This document shows, in pieces, positions 1 through 9,631 of a stretch of 32,000 bases of DNA (the first letter of the stretch is position 1; each line of letters starts with the position of its first letter). The notes under the pieces were generated by a model. That model did not search any database. It was not told the origin of the DNA and saw nothing but the letters and a program-made list of their open reading frames with translations. The DNA is taken from assembly GCA_964012805.1 (NCBI GenBank), contig CAXGUD010000001.1, forward strand, positions 822 through 32,821. Reading direction: 5' to 3'. The DNA comes from an uncultured Bacteriovoracaceae bacterium (lineage in GTDB: Bacteria > Bdellovibrionota > Bacteriovoracia > Bacteriovoracales > Bacteriovoracaceae). A program made the position numbers and the translations under genes.

Positions 1-281
1 CCTACTAAAAGTCATCTTTAAAAATTTAAAGTAAATTCAAACTTTATTTCGACACTTCATTTAAAACCTTTATTTGTTTATAAATGATCATTTAACTTGT
101 CTTTTAACATAAAAAAATATGGAGTAAGGTTAAAAGATAAGATGTCAATAAGTTCATTTTTTTAAACAAAACTAATAAAGTACTTTAATGCCTTTAGACT
201 CATTTAAAAATAAAATATAAAATCGATAAATATAAACTGCTATTAACATTTAAGTAATGTACTTTAAAAGGTGGTCTATCC

Positions 282-1424
282 TTGAGAAAGTTTTCCTTTA
301 TTTTTTTTCTTTTATTTTCTTTTTCATCTATTGGAAAAACTCCCGGTAAAGTTTTTAAAGATTATATAAAATCTCTCCAAAGCCAAAAAGCTTTAAAGGA
401 AACAGTCAAAATAGGAGACGGTATTTTTCTTAATCTTTCTAACCCTTCTGAAAAGTTCATTCTCCAACAAATGGATGTAAAAGTCTTAAAAGAAGTTGTT
501 GTAGAAAATAGAGCTGAAGTTTTTTTTCTTATAACCTGGCCGGTTAAACCTCTAGCGATAGAAAATTTTTTAAAAAAAGAAGAAAACAATAATCTTAAAA
601 ATGAAATTCCCAATGAATATATTGAATTAAAGAAGATAGGTAAAAAACGAGTTATTAATATTGGAACGATTTCCGTCCTTAAGGGGAAGGCCATCTTTTA
701 TAAAAATGAAGGAAAATGGTCTCAATTTATTAAAACGAAGAATAAACAAAACACTGTGATTAAGAGCTATTGCATTACACATCATATTCATGAGGCGATG
801 GAGCTTAATGAAAAGAGAAAGAAATTTTACTCTGCTTTAACAAATGGTAGAAGTAGAATCCTTTCTAACTTCTTAATCGCATCAGAAAAAATGTCTCTTT
901 TTGCAGTAAAAATGATGGAGCTGCAGGCCCTTCCCTTTAATAAACTAGGAGTAGATATCCTTTGCAAAGAAATGATTTCTATGAAAAAAGCTCCCGCCTT
1001 TCAAAGTAAAAAACCTCTTAAAAAATTTCCTAAGATGAAAAGATTTAAAAAGTGGAATAGTAAAAATCTTGTTAAAGACCTTTATAAAAACTACAAAAAA
1101 AGAGATTTTAAAGAGCTTTCAACCGTTCTAAGAAAAGAATTGGAAAAGCTTAAAAGGTTCCCTGGAATGTATTGTATGCATAGGCATATAGTTGAATCAA
1201 TTCTAAGGACTGCTAATTATGGCCCTATCCATAAAGAAAAAGCGAAAAGCCTAGGGCTTAACACTAAAAATGTAGAAAAATTAGGCGAGATTTCATGGAA
1301 CTTTATATTGTCGCAGATCATAACATTTCCCCTGGCCCATCAGATTGATAAGATGGCCTACCCTTTTCAGCAAGAAGGAATTCCTATCATTTGTCAGGAT
1401 GTCCCGCATATTCCTGAATATTGA
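282..1424 (+). CDS. hypothetical secreted protein (Lys-rich, no domain recognised)
   Basis: 380-codon ORF. TTG start lies 7 nt after an AAGGTGG Shine-Dalgarno. Hydrophobic signal-like N-terminus MRKFSFIFFLLFSFSSIG. The antisense ORF 362..694 is much shorter. Confidence 0.6.
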   Translation: MRKFSFIFFLLFSFSSIGKTPGKVFKDYIKSLQSQKALKETVKIGDGIFLNLSNPSEKFILQQMDVKVLKEVVVENRAEVFFLITWPVKPLAIENFLKKEENNNLKNEIPNEYIELKKIGKKRVINIGTISVLKGKAIFYKNEGKWSQFIKTKNKQNTVIKSYCITHHIHEAMELNEKRKKFYSALTNGRSRILSNFLIASEKMSLFAVKMMELQALPFNKLGVDILCKEMISMKKAPAFQSKKPLKKFPKMKRFKKWNSKNLVKDLYKNYKKRDFKELSTVLRKELEKLKRFPGMYCMHRHIVESILRTANYGPIHKEKAKSLGLNTKNVEKLGEISWNFILSQIITFPLAHQIDKMAYPFQQEGIPIICQDVPHIPEY

Positions 1425-1428
1425 ATCT

Positions 1429-3243
1429 CTAAAAATAATATATATGGGAAAATTCAAAACTAACTTCCTGCATGTTTTGTTCTAATTCTTTAAGAGAATC
1501 TATTTTCAAAGAAAGAGTATGACTAGGATTTAGGTGAAAAGATTGCTCAAAGCTTAAAGTAAGGATTTTAGACTTATCATTCAAAAAATTATTATCTAAG
1601 CGGACATTAAATAAAGATTTCATGTCGAAAACTTCTCGTATGACCATTCCAAAAGTTGGAAACATATAGAGATAATAAAAGTCTTTACTAATAGCTGTAC
1701 CTAATCCTAGCATGGCATAAAGGTCTATATCTTTGGCCAATCTAAAATTTAGCCCTGAGGCCAACTCAACATCAAAACTGAGATTAGGTCTTAGGTTACT
1801 GTTATAATGTTTATGAATGCCTGTTTTTACATTAAAGGATAAACCTTTAGTTAAAGGGTCGTAAGGCACGAGGGATAGAGCTTCAAAAAAAGTAAGGGTG
1901 TCAAGCTCAATTTTTTTATCTTTAAAATTATAAAGCAGTTTAAAATCGGCGAGTTTAAGCTGCCTCTCTGATAAGAACTGGCGGTTATCATCTCGAAGCT
2001 TTGTGCTTGCATATAAAAAGTTTATACCTAATTTATTATCTTTACCTCCAATGAAACTCATCGAAAATTGAGTATCCTGAGGCGTTTTATAGGGGTTTGT
2101 AAACTTTGAAAGGTTTAAAATTAAAGGCCGTTTTTTTTCATAATTTATAAGCTCTTTTCCAAATTTTTCGTAGTCGATTTGGGATATTTTCTTTTCATTG
2201 TAGCGGATATTATTTAGACCTTGGAGTATTTTCAAGGCCATTAATTTCTCTTTTTCACTAAAATGTTTGGAAGAATAAATATATTTAAAAGTTCTTTTAT
2301 CGAAGGCCTTTTTTATATCTTCAAGCTTAACTTCTTTTATTTCAGGGAAAAAGTTTTTTACAAGCCAGTGATCTGAAGCGATGAGGTCAGTGTAATTAAT
2401 CATTCCAAATGCATACGCATCTTTTATGACGTCTCCAGGGGTTATCCACCAGTGACCGTTTTCAATTTTTTTTGAATGACCTAAGGCCAATAAAAAATGA
2501 GTAAATGTTGCACAATTATATCCAATAAAAAAATAATCCGTTTTTGTATTCTTTAATTCCCATATATGGTAATGGATAAGTGTTCTTTTAAATGGTTCCA
2601 GATTTAAATCAATCTCCCAGACATTACGCTTTTCTTCAATTCGATATCTGTCTATAATTTTTTGATAAGGTTTAAAGAAAACAACTCCCTCCATTCCCAG
2701 GAATAAACTTGTGCTAACTAACCAAAGAGGGTTATGTGTCTTTATTCTTGCAAAATAATTAACTGAATGAGACACCTCATCGCCTATATCGTTCTTTCCA
2801 GACAACTTTAAAAAAGAATGGCCCATCATGCTTGTTGAGGAAAGGATATTTTGAGCAGCATAAACTAATTGAATATTTCGGGCAGGAGCTTTCTTTAAAT
2901 AAGTACTAAAGCCTTTGCACTCTTTAAACGACCCCCCCGCATTTTGTAGTTTTCTTTCTTTTAAATGTCTTTGTAAAAAAATATACCGCGCGGGAAACCT
3001 GCATTTTGCCAAGGGATCTTTAACAAATAAATTTATTGTAAGATTCAGTTCCTCCAAAAGATCTGGCGATCCATAAGACAATAAGAAGTTTTTATCCTTA
3101 TGAAAGAATTTTTTATTTTTATAATGCAATAAAGCCTTCCAAGTAGGCGAAGCATGAATAGATTTTTTTTCCAAATTTTGAAAATCTGCGAAGCAAACGC
3201 TAATTAGGGTATTTAGCATTAAAACTAAAATTAATATGATCAT
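1429..3243 (-). CDS. DUF4105 (Lnb_N-like) periplasmic-domain protein with beta-rich OMP-like C-terminal region
   Basis: 604-codon ORF with ATG start and signal-like N-terminus MIILILVLMLNTLISVCFA. Blocks GHSFLKL, RNVWEIDLNL and YFFIGYNCATFTHFLL match my recollection of DUF4105 conserved blocks. The C-terminal third has an alternating pattern and ends in the aromatic ...SHIYYF. Confidence 0.6.
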   Translation of the reverse strand: MIILILVLMLNTLISVCFADFQNLEKKSIHASPTWKALLHYKNKKFFHKDKNFLLSYGSPDLLEELNLTINLFVKDPLAKCRFPARYIFLQRHLKERKLQNAGGSFKECKGFSTYLKKAPARNIQLVYAAQNILSSTSMMGHSFLKLSGKNDIGDEVSHSVNYFARIKTHNPLWLVSTSLFLGMEGVVFFKPYQKIIDRYRIEEKRNVWEIDLNLEPFKRTLIHYHIWELKNTKTDYFFIGYNCATFTHFLLALGHSKKIENGHWWITPGDVIKDAYAFGMINYTDLIASDHWLVKNFFPEIKEVKLEDIKKAFDKRTFKYIYSSKHFSEKEKLMALKILQGLNNIRYNEKKISQIDYEKFGKELINYEKKRPLILNLSKFTNPYKTPQDTQFSMSFIGGKDNKLGINFLYASTKLRDDNRQFLSERQLKLADFKLLYNFKDKKIELDTLTFFEALSLVPYDPLTKGLSFNVKTGIHKHYNSNLRPNLSFDVELASGLNFRLAKDIDLYAMLGLGTAISKDFYYLYMFPTFGMVIREVFDMKSLFNVRLDNNFLNDKSKILTLSFEQSFHLNPSHTLSLKIDSLKELEQNMQEVSFEFSHIYYF

Positions 3244-3279
3244 TACCTATCTTTAGATTTTTTAAATATATAATTTAAG

Positions 3280-3311
3280 AAAAACAAAAAGAGGAGCCCT
3301 TGGGACTCCTC
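3280..3311 (-). terminator. rho-independent terminator downstream of the 3339..3569 ORF
   Basis: Minus-strand RNA would fold GAGGAGUCC-CAA-GGGCUCCUC (one C/A mismatch). It is followed directly by UUUUUGUUUUU, 28 nt after the TAA stop at 3339-3341. Confidence 0.7.
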
Positions 3312-3338
3312 CTATCCGAATCTATTTTTGTCGCTCTT

Positions 3339-3569
3339 TTATTGTTTTTTACATTTAATGACTATTTTTTTAGAGTAATCCCACATGTTACTTGAAGCAA
3401 AGTCAGTTGTAGACCCAAGACCTCCACCGGCTATGATATTAAGAAAAAATACTGGCGATAATTCTGGCTCCACCTTTGTCTTTTCATCACAGTTTTTATT
3501 TTTTGAGAGAATTTCCAAATTTTCTCGGCTTCTCTTTAGCTTAACTTTTGAAGGTATAGAGTATGTCAT
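3339..3569 (-). CDS. small hypothetical protein; possibly the remnant of a lipoprotein gene (frame stays open upstream to 3632)
   Basis: 76-codon ATG ORF followed by a good terminator. The same frame is open for 21 more codons upstream. A signal-peptide-like mini-ORF with a strong RBS lies at 3637..3705 in another frame (see findings). Confidence 0.4.
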   Translation of the reverse strand: MTYSIPSKVKLKRSRENLEILSKNKNCDEKTKVEPELSPVFFLNIIAGGGLGSTTDFASSNMWDYSKKIVIKCKKQ

Positions 3570-3859
3570 GCCACCAATTACAACATCAGCTTTTTCACCT
3601 GTGGAAGTTTCAAGACTTACCTGAGTTGTATCTTAGTTAATTATTGAAGCGCAACTTGAAAGAAGAAAAAAGATCAGTAAAAGTGGAATTAATTTAAAAT
3701 TCATAGAATTTCTCCAATTTGGGTTATAAAGTTCTTAGTATAATACCATTTAATCTTAGTAAAAAATTTACAATTCGTAAGAACAAAAAAAAATTAAACT
3801 TTTAAAGTGTAAAAATTTATTGAACCTTTAACAATTTACATAATTTCATAGTTCCAAAA

Positions 3860-3894
3860 CCCGACTTTTTTTATTTCTTCAATAAAAAAACGGG
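3860..3894 (-). terminator. possible terminator hairpin for the peptidase/ABC transcription unit
   Basis: CCCG-U7-A ... U-A7-GUCGGG hairpin closed by 4 G:C pairs and followed on the minus strand by UUUUGG. The stem is mostly A:U and sits about 150 nt past the stop at 4046, so support is weak. Confidence 0.3.
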
Positions 3895-4045
3895 ACTTTT
3901 GTGCGAACCATGGCCTCTATTTCATGAATCATTACTTTTCTTATTAAGTTAAATCGGGCTTATTTAAAATACCTTCGGAACTTCGACTCTATTTTTATCA
4001 ATAATTTAAACAGAGAGATTCAATAGATAGAAATAATTTTGAAAT

Positions 4046-4732
4046 TTACCTTCTTCTTAAGACAGCGATCCATCTCATAACGTTTAAAAGGTCAGAAAGA
4101 GAGGATGCTAGATATGTATAAGCGCAGGCCTTAAGAATTTGATGGGCACCTTCATGCTCCAACTCTGAAAAGTCCGGTCTTTTTCTTAAAAGAGGAAGCG
4201 CTCTTTTAAAACTTGCATCTATTTCAACTGGAAGAGTCACAAAGTTAATAATTGTGTTGGATAAGAGTCCTGCAACTCCAACTATAAGAGAAAGAAGACC
4301 AATTCGGGGTGAGCGGGTCACAAGAGTTAAAATGGGAGTGATCATCATAAAGGCCCCTCCCCATTTTTGAACAATCATCCCCAAGGTCGCTAAACTTGTC
4401 CGAAGACCTAAAAGACTATACTTCGTATGATCTTGAATAGCATGCCCAACCTCATGGGCGGCCACCACCAAAGAAGTCAGATCATTTCCATGAGCGTTCT
4501 CTTTACTTAGTCTAACGGCTTTAGCAATAGGGTCATAATGGTCAGGGCCATCAATCGTTTCAACTTGAACATTATGAATTCCATTTTGAAAAAGAAGCTC
4601 CTGGGCCAAGGCATGACCATTTTGAGAAAATGTTTTTGGATGGTTCCTATATTGGTTCAAAACCTTTTTGACATAAAATTGGGGGTAAAGGATCACTAGA
4701 AAAAAAACGACCGCTAAAAGAATGTAGAGCAT
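4046..4732 (-). CDS. YugP-like membrane zinc metallopeptidase (Zn_peptidase_2 family)
   Basis: HEVGH zinc motif in AAHEVGHAIQ. Also DHYDP, VRLS and LPVEIDASFRA-type blocks, with an N-terminal TM and C-terminal TM segments, as in B. subtilis YugP. Confidence 0.8.
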   Translation of the reverse strand: MLYILLAVVFFLVILYPQFYVKKVLNQYRNHPKTFSQNGHALAQELLFQNGIHNVQVETIDGPDHYDPIAKAVRLSKENAHGNDLTSLVVAAHEVGHAIQDHTKYSLLGLRTSLATLGMIVQKWGGAFMMITPILTLVTRSPRIGLLSLIVGVAGLLSNTIINFVTLPVEIDASFKRALPLLRKRPDFSELEHEGAHQILKACAYTYLASSLSDLLNVMRWIAVLRRR

Positions 4733-4754
4733 CCCTTACCTCCCTCTCCCTATT

Positions 4755-5042
4755 TTAACCCCAAAATAAAAGAAAAAAAGCAAAAATCAGACACACGACT
4801 CCTCCATTCAAAGGAGTTAAAGTTGTCCCGCCTAAAACCGCCATCATAATAAAGGCACTTCCCAAAAGGGAGATAAAAAACCTCTCACCTCTTGTCGTTT
4901 TCATGGGTAAAAAGCCCTTTGTCTTTTTAGTCGGGATCCTGACTTCCAAAACAGTAAGGCAGATGAGCGAAAGAAATATAAGACCAAAAAAGATGGCAGT
5001 TGGAGTCGTCCAGGCCATCCACTCTAAGTTAATCCCTTCCAT
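4755..5042 (-). CDS. DUF2160 small integral membrane protein (ABC-transporter associated, GlpU-like)
   Basis: 95 aa with MAWTTPTAIFFGLIF...TTRGERFFISLLGSAF, resembling the DUF2160 consensus as I recall it. It starts 4 nt after the upstream permease gene ends. Confidence 0.7.
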   Translation of the reverse strand: MEGINLEWMAWTTPTAIFFGLIFLSLICLTVLEVRIPTKKTKGFLPMKTTRGERFFISLLGSAFIMMAVLGGTTLTPLNGGVVCLIFAFFLLFWG

Positions 5043-5045
5043 TGA

Positions 5046-5843
5046 TTAAACCCTCCCCAAAGAAAGACCTTTGGCCATATGATGACGGACGGCCCAAATG
5101 ACAAAAAGACCTGGAACAATCGTTAAAACCCCAGCCGCGGCCAAGAGCCCCCAGTCCTGTCCAGCAGCACCTCTCGTCCTTGTCATAACGGCGACAATGG
5201 GCTTGGCGTGTACCGAAGTTAAGGTTCTCGCTAAAAGAAGTTCTACCCAACTAAACATAAAGCAGAAAAAGGCAGCAACGCCAATTCCCGAACGAATAAG
5301 GGGGAGGAATAGCTTAATAAAAAATGACGGAAAAGAATGCCCCTCTAAATAGCTCATCTCGTCTATTTCTTTAGGGATACCGGACATAAAGCCCTCTAGA
5401 ATCCAAACACAAAGTGGGATATTAAAAAGTGTGTGGGCCAAGGCCACTCCCCATAAAGTGTCAAAGAGACCAAAGGTTGAGTAAAGTTGAAAAAAGGGAA
5501 CAAGAAAGACCGCTGGCGGTGACATTCTATTTGTTAGTAACCAAAAAAAGAGGTGCTTATCCCCCATAAAGCGGTATCTCGAAAAGGCGTATGCAGCCGG
5601 TAAAGATACCAACAAACAAAGAATTGTATTGAATAAAACGTATATAAGGGAGTTAAAATAACTCCCGTACCAACTCACATCCTGAAAAATGACCTTATAA
5701 TTCTTTAGCGTAAAGTTTTGGGGGAAAAAACTTAACTCCCCCAAGATTTCTGCATTAGATTTAAAACTCATATTGATAAGCCAATAAAGGGGAATCAATA
5801 TAAAAAGAAAGTAGAGGATTAAAAGCCCCGATCTTTTTTTCAT
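5046..5843 (-). CDS. carbohydrate ABC transporter permease (MalG/UgpE-type)
   Basis: Six hydrophobic segments and an EAA-loop-like GIPKEIDEMSYLEGHSFPSFFIKLFLPL. Its start overlaps the binding-protein stop by 4 nt (ATGA). Confidence 0.85.
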   Translation of the reverse strand: MKKRSGLLILYFLFILIPLYWLINMSFKSNAEILGELSFFPQNFTLKNYKVIFQDVSWYGSYFNSLIYVLFNTILCLLVSLPAAYAFSRYRFMGDKHLFFWLLTNRMSPPAVFLVPFFQLYSTFGLFDTLWGVALAHTLFNIPLCVWILEGFMSGIPKEIDEMSYLEGHSFPSFFIKLFLPLIRSGIGVAAFFCFMFSWVELLLARTLTSVHAKPIVAVMTRTRGAAGQDWGLLAAAGVLTIVPGLFVIWAVRHHMAKGLSLGRV

Positions 5844-7657
5844 TGAACACTCTTTTTAGGTTGAATCTTTTTTGCTTTCGCCACCTTTTTTGCCCTTTTT
5901 AAAGACCACTCTCTTAAAAGGGTTTTATAGGCAACAGTTTTCCCTTTGGGCTTTTCAACACTCATAAGAGCTTTAGGAGAACCGGGTTGCGATAACCAAA
6001 AGTCTCTTCCCTTAGGCGACTTGGCCATTTTTGGAGCACATTTTTTCATACCTATGCGCTCCAACCTTCCCATAATACGATCCATCTGATTGGCCAAACG
6101 GTCTAAGGCTTGTTGAGGCGTTTTTTCACCATTAATAGCAAGAGAAATATTTTGCCACCAAAGTTGGGCCAATCTCGGGTAATCTGGAACATTCGTACCG
6201 GTCGGTGTCCACCTTACTCTGTCAGGAGAACGGTAAAACTCAACGAGACCACCAAGCTTTGGCGCCATCTTGGTAACAACCGGTGAGTTCAAATCAGATT
6301 CACGAATAGGTGTAAGTCCTTTAATAAACTTTGTTAAAGAAACCGTTTTTGAAACACTAAACTGGGCATAAAGCCAAGCCGCTTTTCTCCTTATTAAAGG
6401 CGTGCTTTTAAGCATCGTCCAAGAACCTGCATCTTGATAACCAAGTTTCATCCCCTCTTCCCAATAAGGGCCATGAGGTGAAGGCGCCATCCTCCACTTA
6501 GGGGTTCCATCTTTATTAACAACTGGAAGACCTTTTTTGAGGCTTGCCTTTGTAAAAGCTGTGTACCAAAAAATCTGCTGGGCCACTTGGCCTTGAGAAG
6601 GCACAGGTCCTGCTTCTGAAAAAGTCATTCCAACGGCCTGTGGTGGAGCGTACTTTTTCAACCAGTCAATGTATTTCGTAAGTGCATAAACAGAAGCCGG
6701 TGCATTCGTCGCTCCCCCTCTTTCAACGCTTGCTCCTACAGGGCGGCAGTTTTCAACACGAATCCCCCACTCATCCACCGGAAGACCATTAGGAATTCCT
6801 TTACTTCCTGTTCCCGCCATAGAAAGCCAAGCGTCCGTAAAGCGCCAACCAAGGGAAGGGTCTTTTTTTCCATAATCCATATGGCCATAAACCCTCTTTC
6901 CATCAATAGTTTTAACATCATTAGTGAAAAAATTAGCTATATCTTCATAGGCAGACCAGTTTTTCGGAACACCTAACTCATAACCGTATTTTGCCTTAAA
7001 CTTCTTTTTAAGATCTGGTCTTTGAAACCAATCATGACGGAACCAATAAAGATTCGCAAATTGTTGATCCGGAAGTTGATAAAGCTTTCCATCCGGTCCT
7101 GTCGTAAAACTCTTTCCTATAAAGTCATCGATATCGAGAGTTGGAAGCGTGACATCTTTACCTTCTCCACCCATAAAGTCACTTAAGGGAACTATATAAT
7201 CCAACCGGGAGTGAGTTCCGATCAAGTCACTATCATTTACATACATATCATAAATGTTTCTACCAGTATGCATTTGAGTTTGAAGCTTTTCAATGACATC
7301 ACCTTCGCCAATAAGATCATGAGTTAACTCAATCCCCGTAAGCTCAGTAAAGGCCTTTGCTAAAGTTTTGGATTCATAAGAATGGGTATCAATACTTTCA
7401 CTAACAACTTGAATTTTCATTCCTCTAAACGGTTTCGAAGCCTTGATAAACCATTCCAACTCTTTTAGTTGATCATCTTTAGAAAGAGTTGAATCCTTAA
7501 ACTCTTTTTTAATGAGATCTTTCGCCTTTTTTAAGGCCATTTTTTCAAAGTCAGTTTGGACATCAGTCGAAGCTCCCAATCCAATAGAGAAAAGACTCAC
7601 AAACCCAATGAGTGAAAAAGTTTTTCGAAAAGACTTTAATAAATGAAAAGCTTTCAT
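5840..7657 (-). CDS. large extracellular solute-binding protein of the ABC importer (GlpV-like size class)
   Basis: 605 aa with signal peptide ...FVSLFSIGLGAS. Composition is typical of family-1 sugar SBPs (W/Y-rich, DYG/WRF blocks). It is embedded between the two permease genes with ATGA overlaps on both sides. Confidence 0.8.
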   Translation of the reverse strand: MKAFHLLKSFRKTFSLIGFVSLFSIGLGASTDVQTDFEKMALKKAKDLIKKEFKDSTLSKDDQLKELEWFIKASKPFRGMKIQVVSESIDTHSYESKTLAKAFTELTGIELTHDLIGEGDVIEKLQTQMHTGRNIYDMYVNDSDLIGTHSRLDYIVPLSDFMGGEGKDVTLPTLDIDDFIGKSFTTGPDGKLYQLPDQQFANLYWFRHDWFQRPDLKKKFKAKYGYELGVPKNWSAYEDIANFFTNDVKTIDGKRVYGHMDYGKKDPSLGWRFTDAWLSMAGTGSKGIPNGLPVDEWGIRVENCRPVGASVERGGATNAPASVYALTKYIDWLKKYAPPQAVGMTFSEAGPVPSQGQVAQQIFWYTAFTKASLKKGLPVVNKDGTPKWRMAPSPHGPYWEEGMKLGYQDAGSWTMLKSTPLIRRKAAWLYAQFSVSKTVSLTKFIKGLTPIRESDLNSPVVTKMAPKLGGLVEFYRSPDRVRWTPTGTNVPDYPRLAQLWWQNISLAINGEKTPQQALDRLANQMDRIMGRLERIGMKKCAPKMAKSPKGRDFWLSQPGSPKALMSVEKPKGKTVAYKTLLREWSLKRAKKVAKAKKIQPKKSVQ

Positions 7658-8523
7658 TCATTCTCCTTATTTAAAATCCAATTATAAAAAACAAAACTAA
7701 ACAAAAGAATAAAAAGGAAGTAGATGAGAGAGAAGGCGCTAGCAATGCCTAAATCAAATTGGCCAACAGCGAGTTTCGTTAAAAACTGACTCAAAAAAGT
7801 CGTTGAATTCCCAGGCCCTCCTCCTGTTAGAACAAAAGGCTCTGTGTAAATCATAAAGCTGTCCATAAAGCGAAGCATGACAGCGATCATCAAAACATTT
7901 TTTAATTTAGGAAGCTCAATATGACGGAAAACGGCCCAACGGTTGGCACCATCAATAGCAGCGGCCTGGTAATAGGCTTCCGGTATTGCTTTTAAACCAG
8001 AATAGGCCAACAGTACAACAAGAGGAAGCCAGTGCCAAACATCCATAACAAGAACCGTCCACCAGGCATGACTTGGATTATTAGCGTAATTGTAAGTTAA
8101 ACCCAATTGCTTTAGAGTGTGCCCTAAAAGACCTATGTCCGATCTTCCTAATATTTGCCAAATCATACCCACAACATTGTGAGGAATTAAAAGAGGCATG
8201 GCCAGAATAACCAAGCAGAAGGAAACTCTTTTTCCCTTTTTAGGCAACAGAAGAGCGACACCAACACCCAGAGGAATTTGAACAAATAAGACTAAAAAAG
8301 AAAAAAGCATTTGCCTTAGAAAAGCCTGGTGAAGCTCTCTATTTTGGAGGACTTCCCGAAACCACTCCCATCCGACAAAAACTCTTTGGTTAGGCCCCAT
8401 TATATCTTGAAATGAATAATTGACGACGGTCATTAGAGGAATAACTGCACTAAAGGCAACCATTAAAAAAACAGGAAGGACAAAAAGCCAAGCCTTTTCA
8501 TTTTTTATCTTGCCATCTTTCAA
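7654..8523 (-). CDS. carbohydrate ABC transporter permease (MalF/UgpA-type)
   Basis: Six TM segments and an EAA motif in IPEAYYQAAAIDGANRWAVFRHIELPKL. It overlaps the ATPase gene stop by 4 nt. Confidence 0.85.
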   Translation of the reverse strand: MKDGKIKNEKAWLFVLPVFLMVAFSAVIPLMTVVNYSFQDIMGPNQRVFVGWEWFREVLQNRELHQAFLRQMLFSFLVLFVQIPLGVGVALLLPKKGKRVSFCLVILAMPLLIPHNVVGMIWQILGRSDIGLLGHTLKQLGLTYNYANNPSHAWWTVLVMDVWHWLPLVVLLAYSGLKAIPEAYYQAAAIDGANRWAVFRHIELPKLKNVLMIAVMLRFMDSFMIYTEPFVLTGGGPGNSTTFLSQFLTKLAVGQFDLGIASAFSLIYFLFILLFSFVFYNWILNKENE

Positions 8524-9599
8524 AGAGACTCTCCAGGAAAAAGGGACACTTTACTCAAGGGAAACTCAACACCAACCCTGTCTCCATGGTGGATTGAATG
8601 GCGACCTTCCAAGACAGCTTTAATTGAAAAAGACTCTTGCTCCAAAGTGAGCAATTGACTTGCACCAAGATAATCCACCTTTTTCACCTTCCAAACCCAA
8701 TCATTTAAGAGACAGGGGTTTAAATTTAGACCAACATGCTGTGGCCTTATTCCTAAAGCCCCCACTCCGTCGGATTGCCTATCTAAGGTTTCAAGGTTTT
8801 TAAAATAGGATTCAATATGGGGAGTGACTTCCATAGGAGAAACTTTTCCCTTATGAACTTTGTAATTTAAAAAATTCATACCGGGAGTTCCAATAAAATG
8901 ACCAACAAAACTAGTTTTAGGGTTTTCAAAAAGGTCTCTTGGACAACCCTGCTGTAATATGCTCCCCTCCTCCATAACCACAACTTCTTCAGCAAAAGTA
9001 AGTGCCTCAGTCTGGTCGTGGGTAACATATAAAAAGCTCAATTCAAGCTCTGCATGAATCTCCTTTAACTTCTTACGGAGAAACCTTTTGAGGCGGGGGC
9101 TTACAGCGGTTAGAGGTTCATCAAAAAGTACCGCTGAGACATCTTTTCTAACAAGCCCTCTTCCAAGCGAAACGAGTTGCTTTAAATGAGGTGACAGTTC
9201 TTTTGCCCCATCCTTAAAGTGATCGGTAAGCTCCAACAATTCTCCTATTTCTTCAACTCTTTTTCTAATCTCGACAGAACCCATTCCGTAATTAAGAAGA
9301 GGAAAGGCCAAGTTTTGAAAAACAGTCATCGTATCGTAGACAACAGGGAACTGAAACACTTGCGCAATTTTCCGCTTTTGTGGTCCGAGGTTTGTCACGT
9401 CTTCTCCATCAAAAAGAACCTTACCCTCTGACGGAGTTAAAAGGCCTGACAAAATTTTAAGAAGGGTCGTTTTTCCACAGCCAGAAGGCCCTAAAAGAGC
9501 TATTCTTTTATGCTTTTCAAACATGCATTCAAGAGGTCCTAAAACCCATTTTTTCTGATCGTAGGAGTGCCTTACTCCTTGGAGTTCAATTTTTGCCAT
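8520..9599 (-). CDS. ABC transporter ATP-binding protein (MalK/UgpC-like) with degenerate signature motif
   Basis: Walker A is GPSGCGKTT, Walker B is VLFDEP and the H-loop is YVTHDQ. LSPHLKQ occupies the place of LSGGQ. A C-terminal MalK-type regulatory/TOBE-like region is present. Confidence 0.9.
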   Translation of the reverse strand: MAKIELQGVRHSYDQKKWVLGPLECMFEKHKRIALLGPSGCGKTTLLKILSGLLTPSEGKVLFDGEDVTNLGPQKRKIAQVFQFPVVYDTMTVFQNLAFPLLNYGMGSVEIRKRVEEIGELLELTDHFKDGAKELSPHLKQLVSLGRGLVRKDVSAVLFDEPLTAVSPRLKRFLRKKLKEIHAELELSFLYVTHDQTEALTFAEEVVVMEEGSILQQGCPRDLFENPKTSFVGHFIGTPGMNFLNYKVHKGKVSPMEVTPHIESYFKNLETLDRQSDGVGALGIRPQHVGLNLNPCLLNDWVWKVKKVDYLGASQLLTLEQESFSIKAVLEGRHSIHHGDRVGVEFPLSKVSLFPGESL

Positions 9600-9631
9600 A
9601 TACTGTGCCCTAGAAAATTAACCCTACTGTT

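Noticed and set aside
362-694. 110-aa ORF antisense to 282..1424. The same class includes 3385..3624, 5029..5250, 5098..5352, 6736..6921, 8420..8623, 9219..9431 and 9832..10035.
   Set aside because: All lie wholly inside longer opposite-strand or alternate-frame ORFs that carry clear domain motifs or signal peptides. They lack RBS support and have odd composition, so they are most likely shadow ORFs.
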